Shown here in pieces: positions 20,635-29,687 of a stretch of DNA of 31,432 nucleotides. The translations under genes were made by a program, and so were the position numbers. How positions within the stretch are numbered: the first letter of the stretch is position 1; each line of letters starts with the position of its first letter. A model generated the notes under the pieces. It made no database searches. It saw only the letters and a list, made by a program, of their open reading frames with translations, and had not been told where the DNA came from. Origin of the DNA: Candidatus Methylomirabilis sp. (GTDB lineage: Bacteria > Methylomirabilota > Methylomirabilia > Methylomirabilales > Methylomirabilaceae); contig JBGQJI010000011.1 of assembly GCA_041498975.1 (NCBI GenBank), positions 1-31,432 of the forward strand. The letters run 5' to 3'.

Positions 20635-21981
20635 GTGTTCGTCAAAACCATGGAGACCACCGCTGCCGATCTAGCGCAGATGCTGGTAGATGCTCGCGCC
20701 AGAACCCTGGGGCTCGTCGGAGATCTGACCGATGAGCAACTGATCGGTCCGCGTTTGCCGATCGTGAACCCCCTGCTGTGGGAGATCGGACATCTCGCCT
20801 GGTTCCAGGAGCACTGGGTGCTGCGTCATGTTGGAGGCGAAAAGCCAACTTTGAAGGATGCCGATGGCCTGTACGACTCCGCCAGAGTGCCACACGACGA
20901 CCGCTGGTCACTGCCACTTCCTTCGCGGGCACGGACACTGCGATACATGGAGCAGGTCTTGGACCGTGTTCTCGATCGGATTGCAAGCAGGCCGTTAAAT
21001 GAAGAGCAGATCTATTTCTGCCGCTTGGTGACGTTTCACGAGGACATGCACTATGAGGCATTCGTCTATACGCGGCAAACGTTGGGGTATCCTCCTCCAC
21101 GCCTGCTGACTTCCGGTGCAGGTGAATTGTCCGCCACCGACGACCTCGCCGGACCCTGGCGAGGAGATGTGGAAATACCAGGTGGTCCCTACATGCTGGG
21201 CGGCACTCCCGATTTGCCTTTCGTGTTCGATAATGAGAAATGGGCACATCCGGTGGATATTCGTCCGTTCCGGATCGCGCAGGCGCCGGTGACCAACGGC
21301 GAGTTTGTCCAGTTCGTGGATGATCGAGGCTATGAACGACGAGACCTGTGGAGTGATGCGGGCTGGGCCTGGCGAGAGCGGGTCAACGCGAAGCATCCGG
21401 TCTACTGGCAGCCGGGCATTGGTGGAGCCTCGCTGCACCGCAGGTATGACAAATTTTTGCCGCTTGAGGAGCACTTGCCGGTGATCCATGTCAACTGGTA
21501 TGAGGCGGAGGCATACTGCCGATGGGCACATCGCCGGCTGCCGACTGAGGCCGAGTGGGAGATGGCCGCCTCTGCGGGACCGACCGCCGACGGTCAGGCG
21601 GTTCACACACAAAAACGCCTTTTCCCCTGGGGCGACGTTCCACCTGCCCCTGAACGGGCAAATCTCGACCTCGGCGTAGGGGGATGTATTCCGGTGAACC
21701 TGCTGCCGGCCGGCGATAGTGCCTTCGGCTGCCGGCAAATGATCGGCAACGTGTGGGAGTGGACGGTCAATGATTTCGACCCCTTCCCTGGCTTCGCGAT
21801 TGACCCGTACAAGGAGTACTCCGAGCCCTGGTTCGGGGGAACGCACAAGGTTCTTCGCGGTGGCGCCTTTGTCACCCGGTCTCGCCTCATCCGCAACTCC
21901 TATCGGAACTTCTACACGCCGGGCCGCCGCGATGTGCTGGCCGGTTTCCGCACCTGTAGTCTTGAAGACCAGACCAGATGA
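20635..21981 (+). CDS. senA: Selenoneine synthase SenA-like (EgtB superfamily: DinB-like plus FGE-sulfatase domains)
   Basis: VNPLLWEIGHLAWFQEHW (SenA-type rather than EgtB SPxKWHLAH), HEDMHYE completing the 3-His iron triad, FDNEKWAH, RLPTEAEWE, GNVWEW, PYKEYSEPWF, GFR. Start is GTG 20635 or ATG 20650. Confidence 0.78.
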   Translation: MFVKTMETTAADLAQMLVDARARTLGLVGDLTDEQLIGPRLPIVNPLLWEIGHLAWFQEHWVLRHVGGEKPTLKDADGLYDSARVPHDDRWSLPLPSRARTLRYMEQVLDRVLDRIASRPLNEEQIYFCRLVTFHEDMHYEAFVYTRQTLGYPPPRLLTSGAGELSATDDLAGPWRGDVEIPGGPYMLGGTPDLPFVFDNEKWAHPVDIRPFRIAQAPVTNGEFVQFVDDRGYERRDLWSDAGWAWRERVNAKHPVYWQPGIGGASLHRRYDKFLPLEEHLPVIHVNWYEAEAYCRWAHRRLPTEAEWEMAASAGPTADGQAVHTQKRLFPWGDVPPAPERANLDLGVGGCIPVNLLPAGDSAFGCRQMIGNVWEWTVNDFDPFPGFAIDPYKEYSEPWFGGTHKVLRGGAFVTRSRLIRNSYRNFYTPGRRDVLAGFRTCSLEDQTR

Positions 21982-22952
21982 CTGACACAGAACGGTATGC
22001 CAGCATTATTCTGCGGAGGGTAGAGAACGATCTGGCCCGTGACGTCCAAGAAGCGCTGACGGGCGAGTGTAAGTCGCTTCCGTGCAAATATTTTTACGAC
22101 CAGCAAGGCATGGCCCTGTTCGAGCAGATTTGTGATCTGCCGGAGTACTACCTGACTCGGGTGGAGACGGCCATTCTGAAGAACCGGGCCGATCGAATGA
22201 TCGAACTCTGCCCCTCGGACCTGGCCTTGGTCGAATTGGGCAGCGGCAGCTCTACGAAGAGCCGGTACCTGATCGAAGCGTGCCTCGGGAGACAGGAGCA
22301 ACTCATCTACTACGCGATTGACATCTCGCCGGGCGCCCTGGAGAACGGGGTTCGACAGCTCTTACAAGAATATGCGCAACTGCGGGTTGTGGGGTTGGTG
22401 GGAGAGTTTGCGGATGGGCTGAGCTATCTCGCCAACCATGCGAGTGGACCGCGGTTGGTCGCATTTCTGGGCTCCACGGTTGGCAACTTTACGGAGGCAG
22501 AGATCGCACGGTTTTTCACCATGCTTCGTCGTCACCTACGGCCCTCAGACCGGTTGCTTCTGGGGGTTGACCTGCTCAAAGATCCCTCAGTGCTCGAGGC
22601 CGCCTACGACGATTCCCAGGGTATCACTGCAGAGTTCAACCTAAATATCCTCGCCCGTCTTAATCGGGAGCTAGCTGCGGACTTCGATCTGGAAGCATTT
22701 CGGCATCGCGCGCTCTTCAACCGCGAGCGCAGCCGTATTGAGATGCACTTGGTCAGCTTGCGCAACCAGCGCGTAAGGATCAAGGCTCTGGGACTAGACA
22801 TCGATCTCCGTGAGGGTGAGGCCGTCCATACGGAGAACTGCTATAAGTATTCCGAGGATGGAATGAAGTCGCTGCTGGCATCCCACGGGTTCCAGGTCCT
22901 ACGCCGTTTCACTGACCCCCACGACCAGTTTTGCCTTTTCCTAGCCTCCTGA
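21978..22952 (+). CDS. egtD: L-histidine N-alpha-trimethyltransferase (hercynine synthase)
   Basis: LPCKYFYD, LPEYYLTRVE, ELGSGSSTK, FLGSTVGNF, AYDDSQGITAEFNLN, RIEMHL, HTENCYKY; ATGA overlap with senA. Confidence 0.95.
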   Translation: MTDTERYASIILRRVENDLARDVQEALTGECKSLPCKYFYDQQGMALFEQICDLPEYYLTRVETAILKNRADRMIELCPSDLALVELGSGSSTKSRYLIEACLGRQEQLIYYAIDISPGALENGVRQLLQEYAQLRVVGLVGEFADGLSYLANHASGPRLVAFLGSTVGNFTEAEIARFFTMLRRHLRPSDRLLLGVDLLKDPSVLEAAYDDSQGITAEFNLNILARLNRELAADFDLEAFRHRALFNRERSRIEMHLVSLRNQRVRIKALGLDIDLREGEAVHTENCYKYSEDGMKSLLASHGFQVLRRFTDPHDQFCLFLAS

Positions 22953-23048
22953 TCGGCCCGACCCGGGATGCTCCAGGTGCCCTCAACAAACCAACCATGA
23001 ACGAGTTGCCCGCCGCAGAACTACTCAAGTGCCCTAGCTTACCTCACA

Positions 23049-23801
23049 ATGCCAGCGTCGATTGAATTTGATCGCGTCTCTTACCGGCTTTCCGGCGGCG
23101 TCGCGGTCCTTGACGATGTGAGCTTCACCGTCGAGGGCGGCGAGGTGCTCGTGCTCGTCGGCCGGAGCGGCGTCGGCAAGACGACCGTTCTTCGGTTGAT
23201 CAATCGCCTCTTGGTACCCAGCGCTGGCGAGGTGCGGGTCGAGGGCCGCGCGACCACGGAGTGGGATCCGATCGCGTTGCGCCGGCGAATCGGCTATGTG
23301 CTCCAGGAGGTGGGGTTGTTCCCACACATGACTATCGGCCGCAACATCGCGGTCGTTCCCCGCCTGGAAGGATGGCCGGAGGACCGCATCCGCGCGCGTT
23401 GTGTCGAACTTCTCGAGCTTGTCGGACTCGACCCCGTAAGGTTTGAAGGTCGATTTCCCCACGAACTCTCAGGAGGTCAACGCCAACGTGTAGGATTTGC
23501 ACGGGCGCTTGCCGCCGACCCGCCGGTGGTCTTGATGGACGAACCGTTCGGTGCGCTGGATCCTCTCACCCGGTCTGAAATCCACCGGGAGTTTCATCGT
23601 ATTCAAGAGCGGGTCCGCAAGACGGTCGTGATGGTGACCCACGACATGGGTGAAGCCTTTGCACTCGCGACCAGAATGGGCGTCCTGGCTGAGGGTCACC
23701 TCGTGGCGCTCGACACCCCGGATGCAATCGCCAGGGCCAGCGATCCGATGGTCCGAATGTTCCTCGACGCGCTCCCGCCTGTGCCCGGACACGTTCGATG
23801 A
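23049..23801 (+). CDS. ABC ATP-binding subunit, OpuA/ProV (EgtV-like) family
   Basis: GRSGVGKTT, LRRRIGYVLQEVGLFPHMT, LSGGQRQRVG, LMDEPFGALDP. Confidence 0.92.
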   Translation: MPASIEFDRVSYRLSGGVAVLDDVSFTVEGGEVLVLVGRSGVGKTTVLRLINRLLVPSAGEVRVEGRATTEWDPIALRRRIGYVLQEVGLFPHMTIGRNIAVVPRLEGWPEDRIRARCVELLELVGLDPVRFEGRFPHELSGGQRQRVGFARALAADPPVVLMDEPFGALDPLTRSEIHREFHRIQERVRKTVVMVTHDMGEAFALATRMGVLAEGHLVALDTPDAIARASDPMVRMFLDALPPVPGHVR

Positions 23802-25336
23802 ACCTCATTGACTTCTGGCTCTCACATCGCGCCGAGATGCTGGGCGCGCTCTCTCAGCATGTCGTCCTTACGCTGGTGGCCACCGCCACGGCCATTGCGA
23901 TGGGCGTGCCGCTCGGGATCGTGGCAGCCCGACGGCCCCGGCTGGGCACGGCGCTGCTGGCCTTTGCCAACATCTTCCAGACAGTCCCCAGCCTGGCCAT
24001 GTTCGGGTTTCTGGTGGCCGTCCCGCTCATCGGAGGCGTCGGCGCACGAAGCGCCCTCATCGTTCTGATTCTCTATGCATTGCTTCCGGTCATGCGCAAC
24101 ACCGTCGCCGGCATCCAGGGCGTCGATCGGGCTGCCCGCGAGGCAGGTGTCGCCATGGGCATGACGGCGCGACAGTTGTTGCTCCAGGTGGAGCTTCCGC
24201 TGGCGACGCCCACGATTGTCGCCGGCGTGCGCGTCGCGGCAGTCATCGGAGTGGGAGCGGCCACGATTGCCGCCGCAATCGGTGCCGGAGGGCTGGGCGA
24301 CTATATCTTCCGGGGTCTCTCGATGACCGACCCGACCGTGATCCTCGCCGGCGCGGTCCCGGCGGCGCTCCTCGCGCTTGCGGTTGACGCGGCCCTCGGC
24401 TGGCTCGAGCGCGCCCTGACGCCAGGAGTCGCAAGGCGCCGGCGCGTGACCTTCCGGGTGGTGGCGGCCATCGCCATGACGCTTACGGTGATCGTGGCCG
24501 GCGCCTTCGCCCTGTCAGGACGCTGGGGGACGCGCGTCATCATCGGGTCGAAGAACTTCACGGAGCAGGTCATTCTCGGGGAGCTCCTGGCGCAAGTGGT
24601 CGAGCGGACGACCGAGCTTCGCGTCGATCGCCGCTTGAATCTCGGAGGGACATTCATCTGCGAGGAGGCGCTGCGCGCGGGCGCCATCGACGCCTACGTC
24701 GAGTACACCGGAACAGCGCTTACGGCGATCTTCCACCAGCCGGTGGCCAGGGATCGCGAGCAGGTGTATGCGCGCGTCGCCGCCGCGTACGCCGCGACTG
24801 GCCGCGCTGTACTGCCCCCACTCGGCTTCAACAATACGTTTGCGATTCTGATACGGGCCGCCGACGCGAGGCGGCTGCAGCTCAAGACCATCAGCGACGC
24901 GGCGGCGTACACGCCGAAGTGGAAGGCGGCATTCGGGTACGAGTTCCTCGAGCGCGAAGATGGCTACAAAGGGCTGTCGCAGACGTATCGCTTGCGTTTC
25001 GCCGAGCCCCCTCGCGTGATGGATCTGACGCTGAGCTACCGCGCGCTTGCCAGCGGCGCGGTCGATCTGATCGCCGGTGATGCGACGAATGGGCTCATCA
25101 AGGGACTCGATCTCTTCATGCTGGAAGACGATCGGCGCTATTTCCCGCCCTACGACGCGATTCCCGTCGTGCGGACTCAGACATTAGCGGCACACCCTGA
25201 GCTTCGGACGGCCATCGAGCGGGTAACCGGGCGAATCTCGGAGGAGACGATGCGCCAGATGAATTACGAGGTGGATGTCCGGCACCGCGACGCGGCGGCC
25301 GTCGTCCGCGAGTTCCTCGACAAGTTAGGATCATGA
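23798..25336 (+). CDS. Fused permease and substrate-binding protein, glycine-betaine/ergothioneine (EgtU/OpuBD-like) ABC transporter
   Basis: QTVPSLAMFG, EAA-loop-like EAGVAMGMT, GAGGLG; SBP with GSKNFTEQ, YVEYTGT, GFNNTF, REDGY, FPPY; ATGA overlap with the ATPase. Confidence 0.92.
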   Translation: MNLIDFWLSHRAEMLGALSQHVVLTLVATATAIAMGVPLGIVAARRPRLGTALLAFANIFQTVPSLAMFGFLVAVPLIGGVGARSALIVLILYALLPVMRNTVAGIQGVDRAAREAGVAMGMTARQLLLQVELPLATPTIVAGVRVAAVIGVGAATIAAAIGAGGLGDYIFRGLSMTDPTVILAGAVPAALLALAVDAALGWLERALTPGVARRRRVTFRVVAAIAMTLTVIVAGAFALSGRWGTRVIIGSKNFTEQVILGELLAQVVERTTELRVDRRLNLGGTFICEEALRAGAIDAYVEYTGTALTAIFHQPVARDREQVYARVAAAYAATGRAVLPPLGFNNTFAILIRAADARRLQLKTISDAAAYTPKWKAAFGYEFLEREDGYKGLSQTYRLRFAEPPRVMDLTLSYRALASGAVDLIAGDATNGLIKGLDLFMLEDDRRYFPPYDAIPVVRTQTLAAHPELRTAIERVTGRISEETMRQMNYEVDVRHRDAAAVVREFLDKLGS

Positions 25337-25377
25337 TCGCCGAGCGAATCTTCAACGCATCCTTCACATTTTGGGTG

Positions 25378-25430
25378 TGTAGGGGCGCTGCTTGCTGCGC
25401 CCTGTCCACAGGACCAGCCCTGCCCCTACA
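25378..25430. repeat. GTAG-family REP-like inverted repeat
   Basis: TGTAGGGGC...GCCCCTACA termini with inner GGGCGC...GCGCCC hairpin. Confidence 0.7.
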
Positions 25431-25481
25431 TTCCCGATCGTCATGCCAGATTCCCCGCTGTGGTGGGATGTGGGTTGGCGC

Positions 25482-26585
25482 GTGATCGAGGCACACACCG
25501 ACGTGGTCGGCAGCCTCCTCCGGCCCCCCGAACTCCTGGAGGCGCAACGGAAACTCTCCCATGCCGAGATCACGCCAGCCGAGTTCAGACGGATCGAGGA
25601 TCGCGCCGTGGACGAGGCGTTACGACTACAGGAAGAGGCCGGTCTCGATGTTGTGACCGACGGAGAGATGCGCCGGCTCTCCTTCCAGAGCCAGATGACA
25701 GCAGCCGTCGAGGGCTTCAGCGAGTGGGACCTCAACGCCTTCCTGTGGGGAAGGTGGCAGAGCGATGAGCTCGGGGAGATGGTGGTCGAGCGGCCGCCGA
25801 TCACCGTCGTGAGCAAGCTTCGCCGCAAGCGCTTCCTCTCAGCCGAAGAGTTCACCTATGCGGGCGGCCGAACAGCCAGGGTGTTAAAGGTGACGCTGCC
25901 GAGCCCGAGCCTATTTGCCAACTTCTGGGACTCCCGTCGCTCAAGCGGAGCGTACGTGCGCCTGGACGATTTCCTCGGGGACGCGGCAGAGATCCTCCGC
26001 GAAGAGGTCGAAGAGCTCGTGCGGCTCGGCGCGACCTACATCCAGCTCGACGCGCCGCAGTACCCGCTCCTCATGAACCCACGCTACCGGAGCTTTTACG
26101 AGAGCCGTGGCTGGCCGGCCGATCGCTGGCTCGAACTCGGACTCGAACTCGACAATCGCGTGATCGGCAACCACCCGCACGTGACCTTCGGCTTTCACCT
26201 CTGCCGCGGGAACCAGGCAAGCCGCTGGCTCGTGGCTGGCGGCTATGATTGGCTGGCTCCGCGCATCTTTCCCAGAATCCGCGCGCAACGGCTCCTCCTA
26301 GAGTACGACGATCGCCGTTCCGGGACATTCGAGCCGCTTGCCGCAGTCCCCGAAGACAAAATGGTCGTTCTCGGCCTCGTGACGACGAAGACGCCCCGGC
26401 GGGAGACAGTCGAGGAGCTGGTGGGACGCATCCGGGAGGCGAGTGTCCTGGTCCCGCTGGAGCGACTCGCGCTCTCCCCGCAGTGCGGCTTCGCCAGCTC
26501 CGTGATCGGGAACGCGATCTCCGTAGAAGACCAGCGGGCCAAGCTCAGGACAATCGTCGAGACGGCGGCGGCGGTCTGGGTATGA
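25482..26585 (+). CDS. Cobalamin-independent methionine synthase II (MetE C-terminal-domain-only) family protein
   Basis: GTG 25482; VVGSLLRP, VVTDGEMRR, YIQLDAP, Zn ligands HLCRGN, LEYD and SPQCGFAS. Confidence 0.9.
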   Translation: MIEAHTDVVGSLLRPPELLEAQRKLSHAEITPAEFRRIEDRAVDEALRLQEEAGLDVVTDGEMRRLSFQSQMTAAVEGFSEWDLNAFLWGRWQSDELGEMVVERPPITVVSKLRRKRFLSAEEFTYAGGRTARVLKVTLPSPSLFANFWDSRRSSGAYVRLDDFLGDAAEILREEVEELVRLGATYIQLDAPQYPLLMNPRYRSFYESRGWPADRWLELGLELDNRVIGNHPHVTFGFHLCRGNQASRWLVAGGYDWLAPRIFPRIRAQRLLLEYDDRRSGTFEPLAAVPEDKMVVLGLVTTKTPRRETVEELVGRIREASVLVPLERLALSPQCGFASSVIGNAISVEDQRAKLRTIVETAAAVWV

Positions 26586-26669
26586 CGATTGTCCTTTGAT
26601 ATCCCCCCCTGGCTCCGCTTCTCATTCGAGCCCCGATAGGCGACTCCACACGATCACCACGGACCTCGG

Positions 26670-26950
26670 AGCAAGAACCGGGTGGACTGACAAGGTCTAC
26701 GGGAGTAGAATGCCGACATGAATTATTATGAACGCATTGCGCGGGTCATTCGGTATCTGGACGAGCATCACACCCTACAACCCGGTCTGGGTGAGCTTGC
26801 AGAAACTGCAAGGTTGAGCCAGTTTCAGTTCCATCGCCTGTGTTCGACGTGGGCGGGTGTGACGCCGAAGGATTTCCTGCAATGCCTGACACTCGAACAT
26901 GCGAAGGCGCTACTGCGCCAAGGAGAGAGCGTCCTCGGTGCCGCGCTCGA
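26670..26950 (+). repeat. Direct repeat copy A (281 bp) of the ada promoter and 5' coding region
   Basis: Aligns without gaps to 27655-27935 at offset 985, with scattered substitutions. Confidence 0.9.
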
Positions 26951-26984
26951 AAAAACGAATTTGGACGCAAGAAACAGAGTGTGA
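26718..26984 (+). pseudogene. Truncated copy of the Ada-like gene (AraC HTH portion only)
   Basis: MNYYERIARVIRYLDEHH...TPKDFLQCLTLEHAKALLR is near-identical to the 27703 gene; diverges after 26950. Confidence 0.85.
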
Positions 26985-27047
26985 CGCTGGCGAGCAATGT
27001 GCTCAAACGGAAAGGTAACTCGGTAACTATCATCAGGAGGATAGATT

Positions 27048-27545
27048 ATGAGATCACGAGTCGTCGCTCTGGCCGGTGCCCTCATTCTAAGCACCGTGAT
27101 GCCGGCAAACGCAGTCGAAGTGAAAAAGAGGCTCGAGGCCCCTGGCAGTCCGGATGATGTCTGGAAGATCGCGAGCGAGTTTTGCTCGATCAAGACCTGG
27201 CACCCAGCCTTTTCCGGTTGCACGCAGTACATGGAAAACGGTGTGGTGTGGCGCGTGCTGACGCTGAGGGACGGAGGAGCGAAGATCAAGGAGAAGTTAA
27301 CGGACGTGGACGATCATAGCTATAGCTACTCGATCGTGGAAGGCCCGCTTCCGATCAAGAACCACACAGGAAAGTTTTGGGTGGAAAAGGGTGACAAGCC
27401 CGATCAGAGCACACTCCGTTGGGAAGTGTCTTTTGATGTGGATGCATCAGAGAGCGAGAAAACCACCAAAATCATCGACGGCATCCTTGCCAATGGCCTG
27501 GAGAGCATCAAAAGCATCGCCGCAAAGCGCGAGGGCTGCAAGTAA
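27048..27545 (+). CDS. Secreted SRPBCC/polyketide-cyclase-fold protein, MxaD-like
   Basis: AGGAGG RBS; signal peptide ending ANA; PDDVW..ASEF..IKTWHP, RVLTL.DGG..IKEKL, YSYSIVEGPLP. Confidence 0.8.
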   Translation: MRSRVVALAGALILSTVMPANAVEVKKRLEAPGSPDDVWKIASEFCSIKTWHPAFSGCTQYMENGVVWRVLTLRDGGAKIKEKLTDVDDHSYSYSIVEGPLPIKNHTGKFWVEKGDKPDQSTLRWEVSFDVDASESEKTTKIIDGILANGLESIKSIAAKREGCK

Positions 27546-27654
27546 CAACTCTCCTCTCTCTTCGCTCGCCGATCAAACGACGGCAATCTCTGTACCCTAC
27601 CCTCGGTTCTACCCGGCTCTTCCGGTCATTGCGAGCGACCAAATCGTAGATTGC

Positions 27655-27935
27655 AGCAAGAACCGGGTGGACCGGCAAGGTCTGCGGAAGTAGGATGGCG
27701 ACATGAACGATTACGAACGCATTGCGCGGGTCATTCGGTATCTGGACGAGCATCATATCCTACAACCCGGTCTGGATGAGCTGGCAGAAACCGCGGGGTT
27801 GAGCCCGTTTCATTTCCATCGCTTGTTTTTGACGTGGGCGGGCGTGACGCCGAAGGACTTCCTGCAATGCCTGACACTCGAACACGCGAAGGCGCTGCTG
27901 CGTGATGGCCAGAGCGTGCTGACTGCCGCCCTCGA
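27655..27935 (+). repeat. Direct repeat copy B of the ada promoter and 5' coding region
   Basis: Matches 26670-26950. Confidence 0.9.
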
Positions 27936-28587
27936 CGCGGGCCTGTCTGGGCCAGGGCGCTTGCACGACTTGTGCGTTGGCCTGGAGGCGGTGTCGCCAG
28001 GAGAACTGAAGGGTGGAGGTAGCGGACTGAATATCCTCTTCGGGTTTGCCGCGACGCCGTTCGGCGACTGTCTGGTCGGGGAGAGTGAGCGCGGGATCTG
28101 TCATCTCGCCTTCGTTGACGACGAAGGGCCTGATGCCGCGCTTGGAGAGCTGCGCCACAGTTGGCCGGAGGCGCACTTGAGACGTAGCGATCGGACCGCA
28201 GCAGGTCTCGCGTCAAGAATCTTTGAGAGACCCGGCGGCAACAGCAAGCGCCCGACTCTTCGCGCGTTTGTGACAGGCAGCACGTTTCAGGTGCGGGTGT
28301 GGCGCGCGCTGCTGCGCGTGCCTCCAGGCTCTCTCGTGACCTACGGGCAACTCGCGACGGCGATCGGCCAGCCGCGCGCCGCGCGAGCGGTCGGAAGCGC
28401 CGTCGGGCAGAACCCGGTGGCATATCTCATCCCCTGCCACCGGGTCATTCGCGAGACCGGCATCATTGGCGACTACCGCTGGGGGCGCGTCCGCAAGCAC
28501 GCCATGGTGGCGTGGGAAACATCCCACCGCACGGAGCGCACGCCATCGGCTGAGACGATCGCGGCGATCGCGCCCTTCGAGAGCTAG
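27703..28587 (+). CDS. Ada-like AraC-HTH plus methylated-DNA--protein-cysteine methyltransferase
   Basis: AraC HTH LSPFHFHRLF; GSTFQVRVW, ARAVGSAVG, active site IPCHRVI; no N-terminal Zn-binding Ada domain. Confidence 0.92.
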   Translation: MNDYERIARVIRYLDEHHILQPGLDELAETAGLSPFHFHRLFLTWAGVTPKDFLQCLTLEHAKALLRDGQSVLTAALDAGLSGPGRLHDLCVGLEAVSPGELKGGGSGLNILFGFAATPFGDCLVGESERGICHLAFVDDEGPDAALGELRHSWPEAHLRRSDRTAAGLASRIFERPGGNSKRPTLRAFVTGSTFQVRVWRALLRVPPGSLVTYGQLATAIGQPRAARAVGSAVGQNPVAYLIPCHRVIRETGIIGDYRWGRVRKHAMVAWETSHRTERTPSAETIAAIAPFES

Positions 28588-28932
28588 ATGCCTCGACGGC
28601 CCTTGAAGTGTTTTCTCGGGAATCCCCGCAGTGTCTCGCTGGGCATCCTGTTGGTCATGCTCCTCTGGGGAATGACAGCAGTCGCGCCCGGTGCCGAACT
28701 CGATTCGGTCGTCGTCATGGCGATCGATCCCGAGGCAGGACATCTCTTGCTTGCCAAACTGGGCATTGCGAAGTACATGATCCCCCTGAAGGTCGAACCT
28801 GGCACACACGTGGTTAACTCCTCCGGCAAGCCACTGGCGCTTTCTGACATCCGAGTAGGCGCCCAGGGCACCATCCGATATACGCGGAGTCCCTCGGGCG
28901 AATACACCGTCGAGAGCCTCGTGCTCGAATAG
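28588..28932 (+). CDS. Small secreted hypothetical protein (possible OB-fold)
   Basis: Hydrophobic leader; VVMAIDPEAG...LALSDIRVGAQGTIRY pattern. Start uncertain. Confidence 0.55.
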   Translation: MPRRPLKCFLGNPRSVSLGILLVMLLWGMTAVAPGAELDSVVVMAIDPEAGHLLLAKLGIAKYMIPLKVEPGTHVVNSSGKPLALSDIRVGAQGTIRYTRSPSGEYTVESLVLE

Positions 28933-29192
28933 CGGTTCCCGTAAGGACCTCCCCTTCATCTCCATTGCCGTCATAGCACTGCGCACGCGGCTTTCCATGG
29001 TGATCGACCACTATCGGTGCCTGCCCTCACTTTCCTCTTGACACCCCCTGTGAGGAATCGCATATGGTTACTTCGACGGCGCCCGTTTCGCCGGAAAGCC
29101 TGGGGTCTTATGCGGAACAATATAATTCATAGTTCGGCGTCACAGGGCAACCGCCCTCTTTCGGCTGTCTCTGGAATGGGAGGAACGGAAAC

Positions 29193-29612
29193 ATGAATGT
29201 CCGTCCGCGAGACCGCTTCTCGTCTCAAGTCACCTTGACCCCCACAAGCGTCGCGGAGTTCGCTCGCGGCATCGGGGACCTTAATCCTGTCCATCATGAC
29301 CCGGAGTACGCTGCTGGGACAAGATTCAAACGACCGATTGCCAGTGGCACACAGACGACCGCGCTCCTGATGGCGCTCACCGCGACACACTTCTCGCAGC
29401 GCTCGGCCATGGTTGGCCTCGAATTCTGGTTCCGCTTCCGGCGAGCTGTTTTCGCGGACGAGACAATCCGCTTGGAGTGGCTGGTCATCTCGGTGAGGCC
29501 CCATCCACGGCTGGGTGGTAACATGGTTGACTTGCGAGGTCGGGTTCTGAATCAAGCAGGCGAGACCGCGGTTGGGGCGAAAGGGCGCGTGCTGGTTACC
29601 GAGCACCTGTAG
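29193..29612 (+). CDS. MaoC-family (hotdog) dehydratase
   Basis: GDLNPVHHDPEYA...F..PIASG; GGAGG RBS. Confidence 0.88.
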   Translation: MNVRPRDRFSSQVTLTPTSVAEFARGIGDLNPVHHDPEYAAGTRFKRPIASGTQTTALLMALTATHFSQRSAMVGLEFWFRFRRAVFADETIRLEWLVISVRPHPRLGGNMVDLRGRVLNQAGETAVGAKGRVLVTEHL

Positions 29613-29687
29613 AGTATCTGGATGGCTGCAAGGTGAAAGGACTGCGCAGCGCGCTCTTTGCTCCATAGACACAGAGGAGGACACACC

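Noticed and set aside
20635..22952. Plain ergothioneine egtBD operon
   Set aside because: Not excluded but disfavoured: NPLLWEIGH and YSEPWF are SenA-type, egtC/egtE are absent from the window, and Se-linked genes are adjacent.
16401..26585. Sec readthrough at other TGA stops (GT, LysR, senA, egtD, ABC genes, MetE-like)
   Set aside because: Each protein is full length for its family, several stops overlap the next ATG, and none falls at a conserved Cys position.
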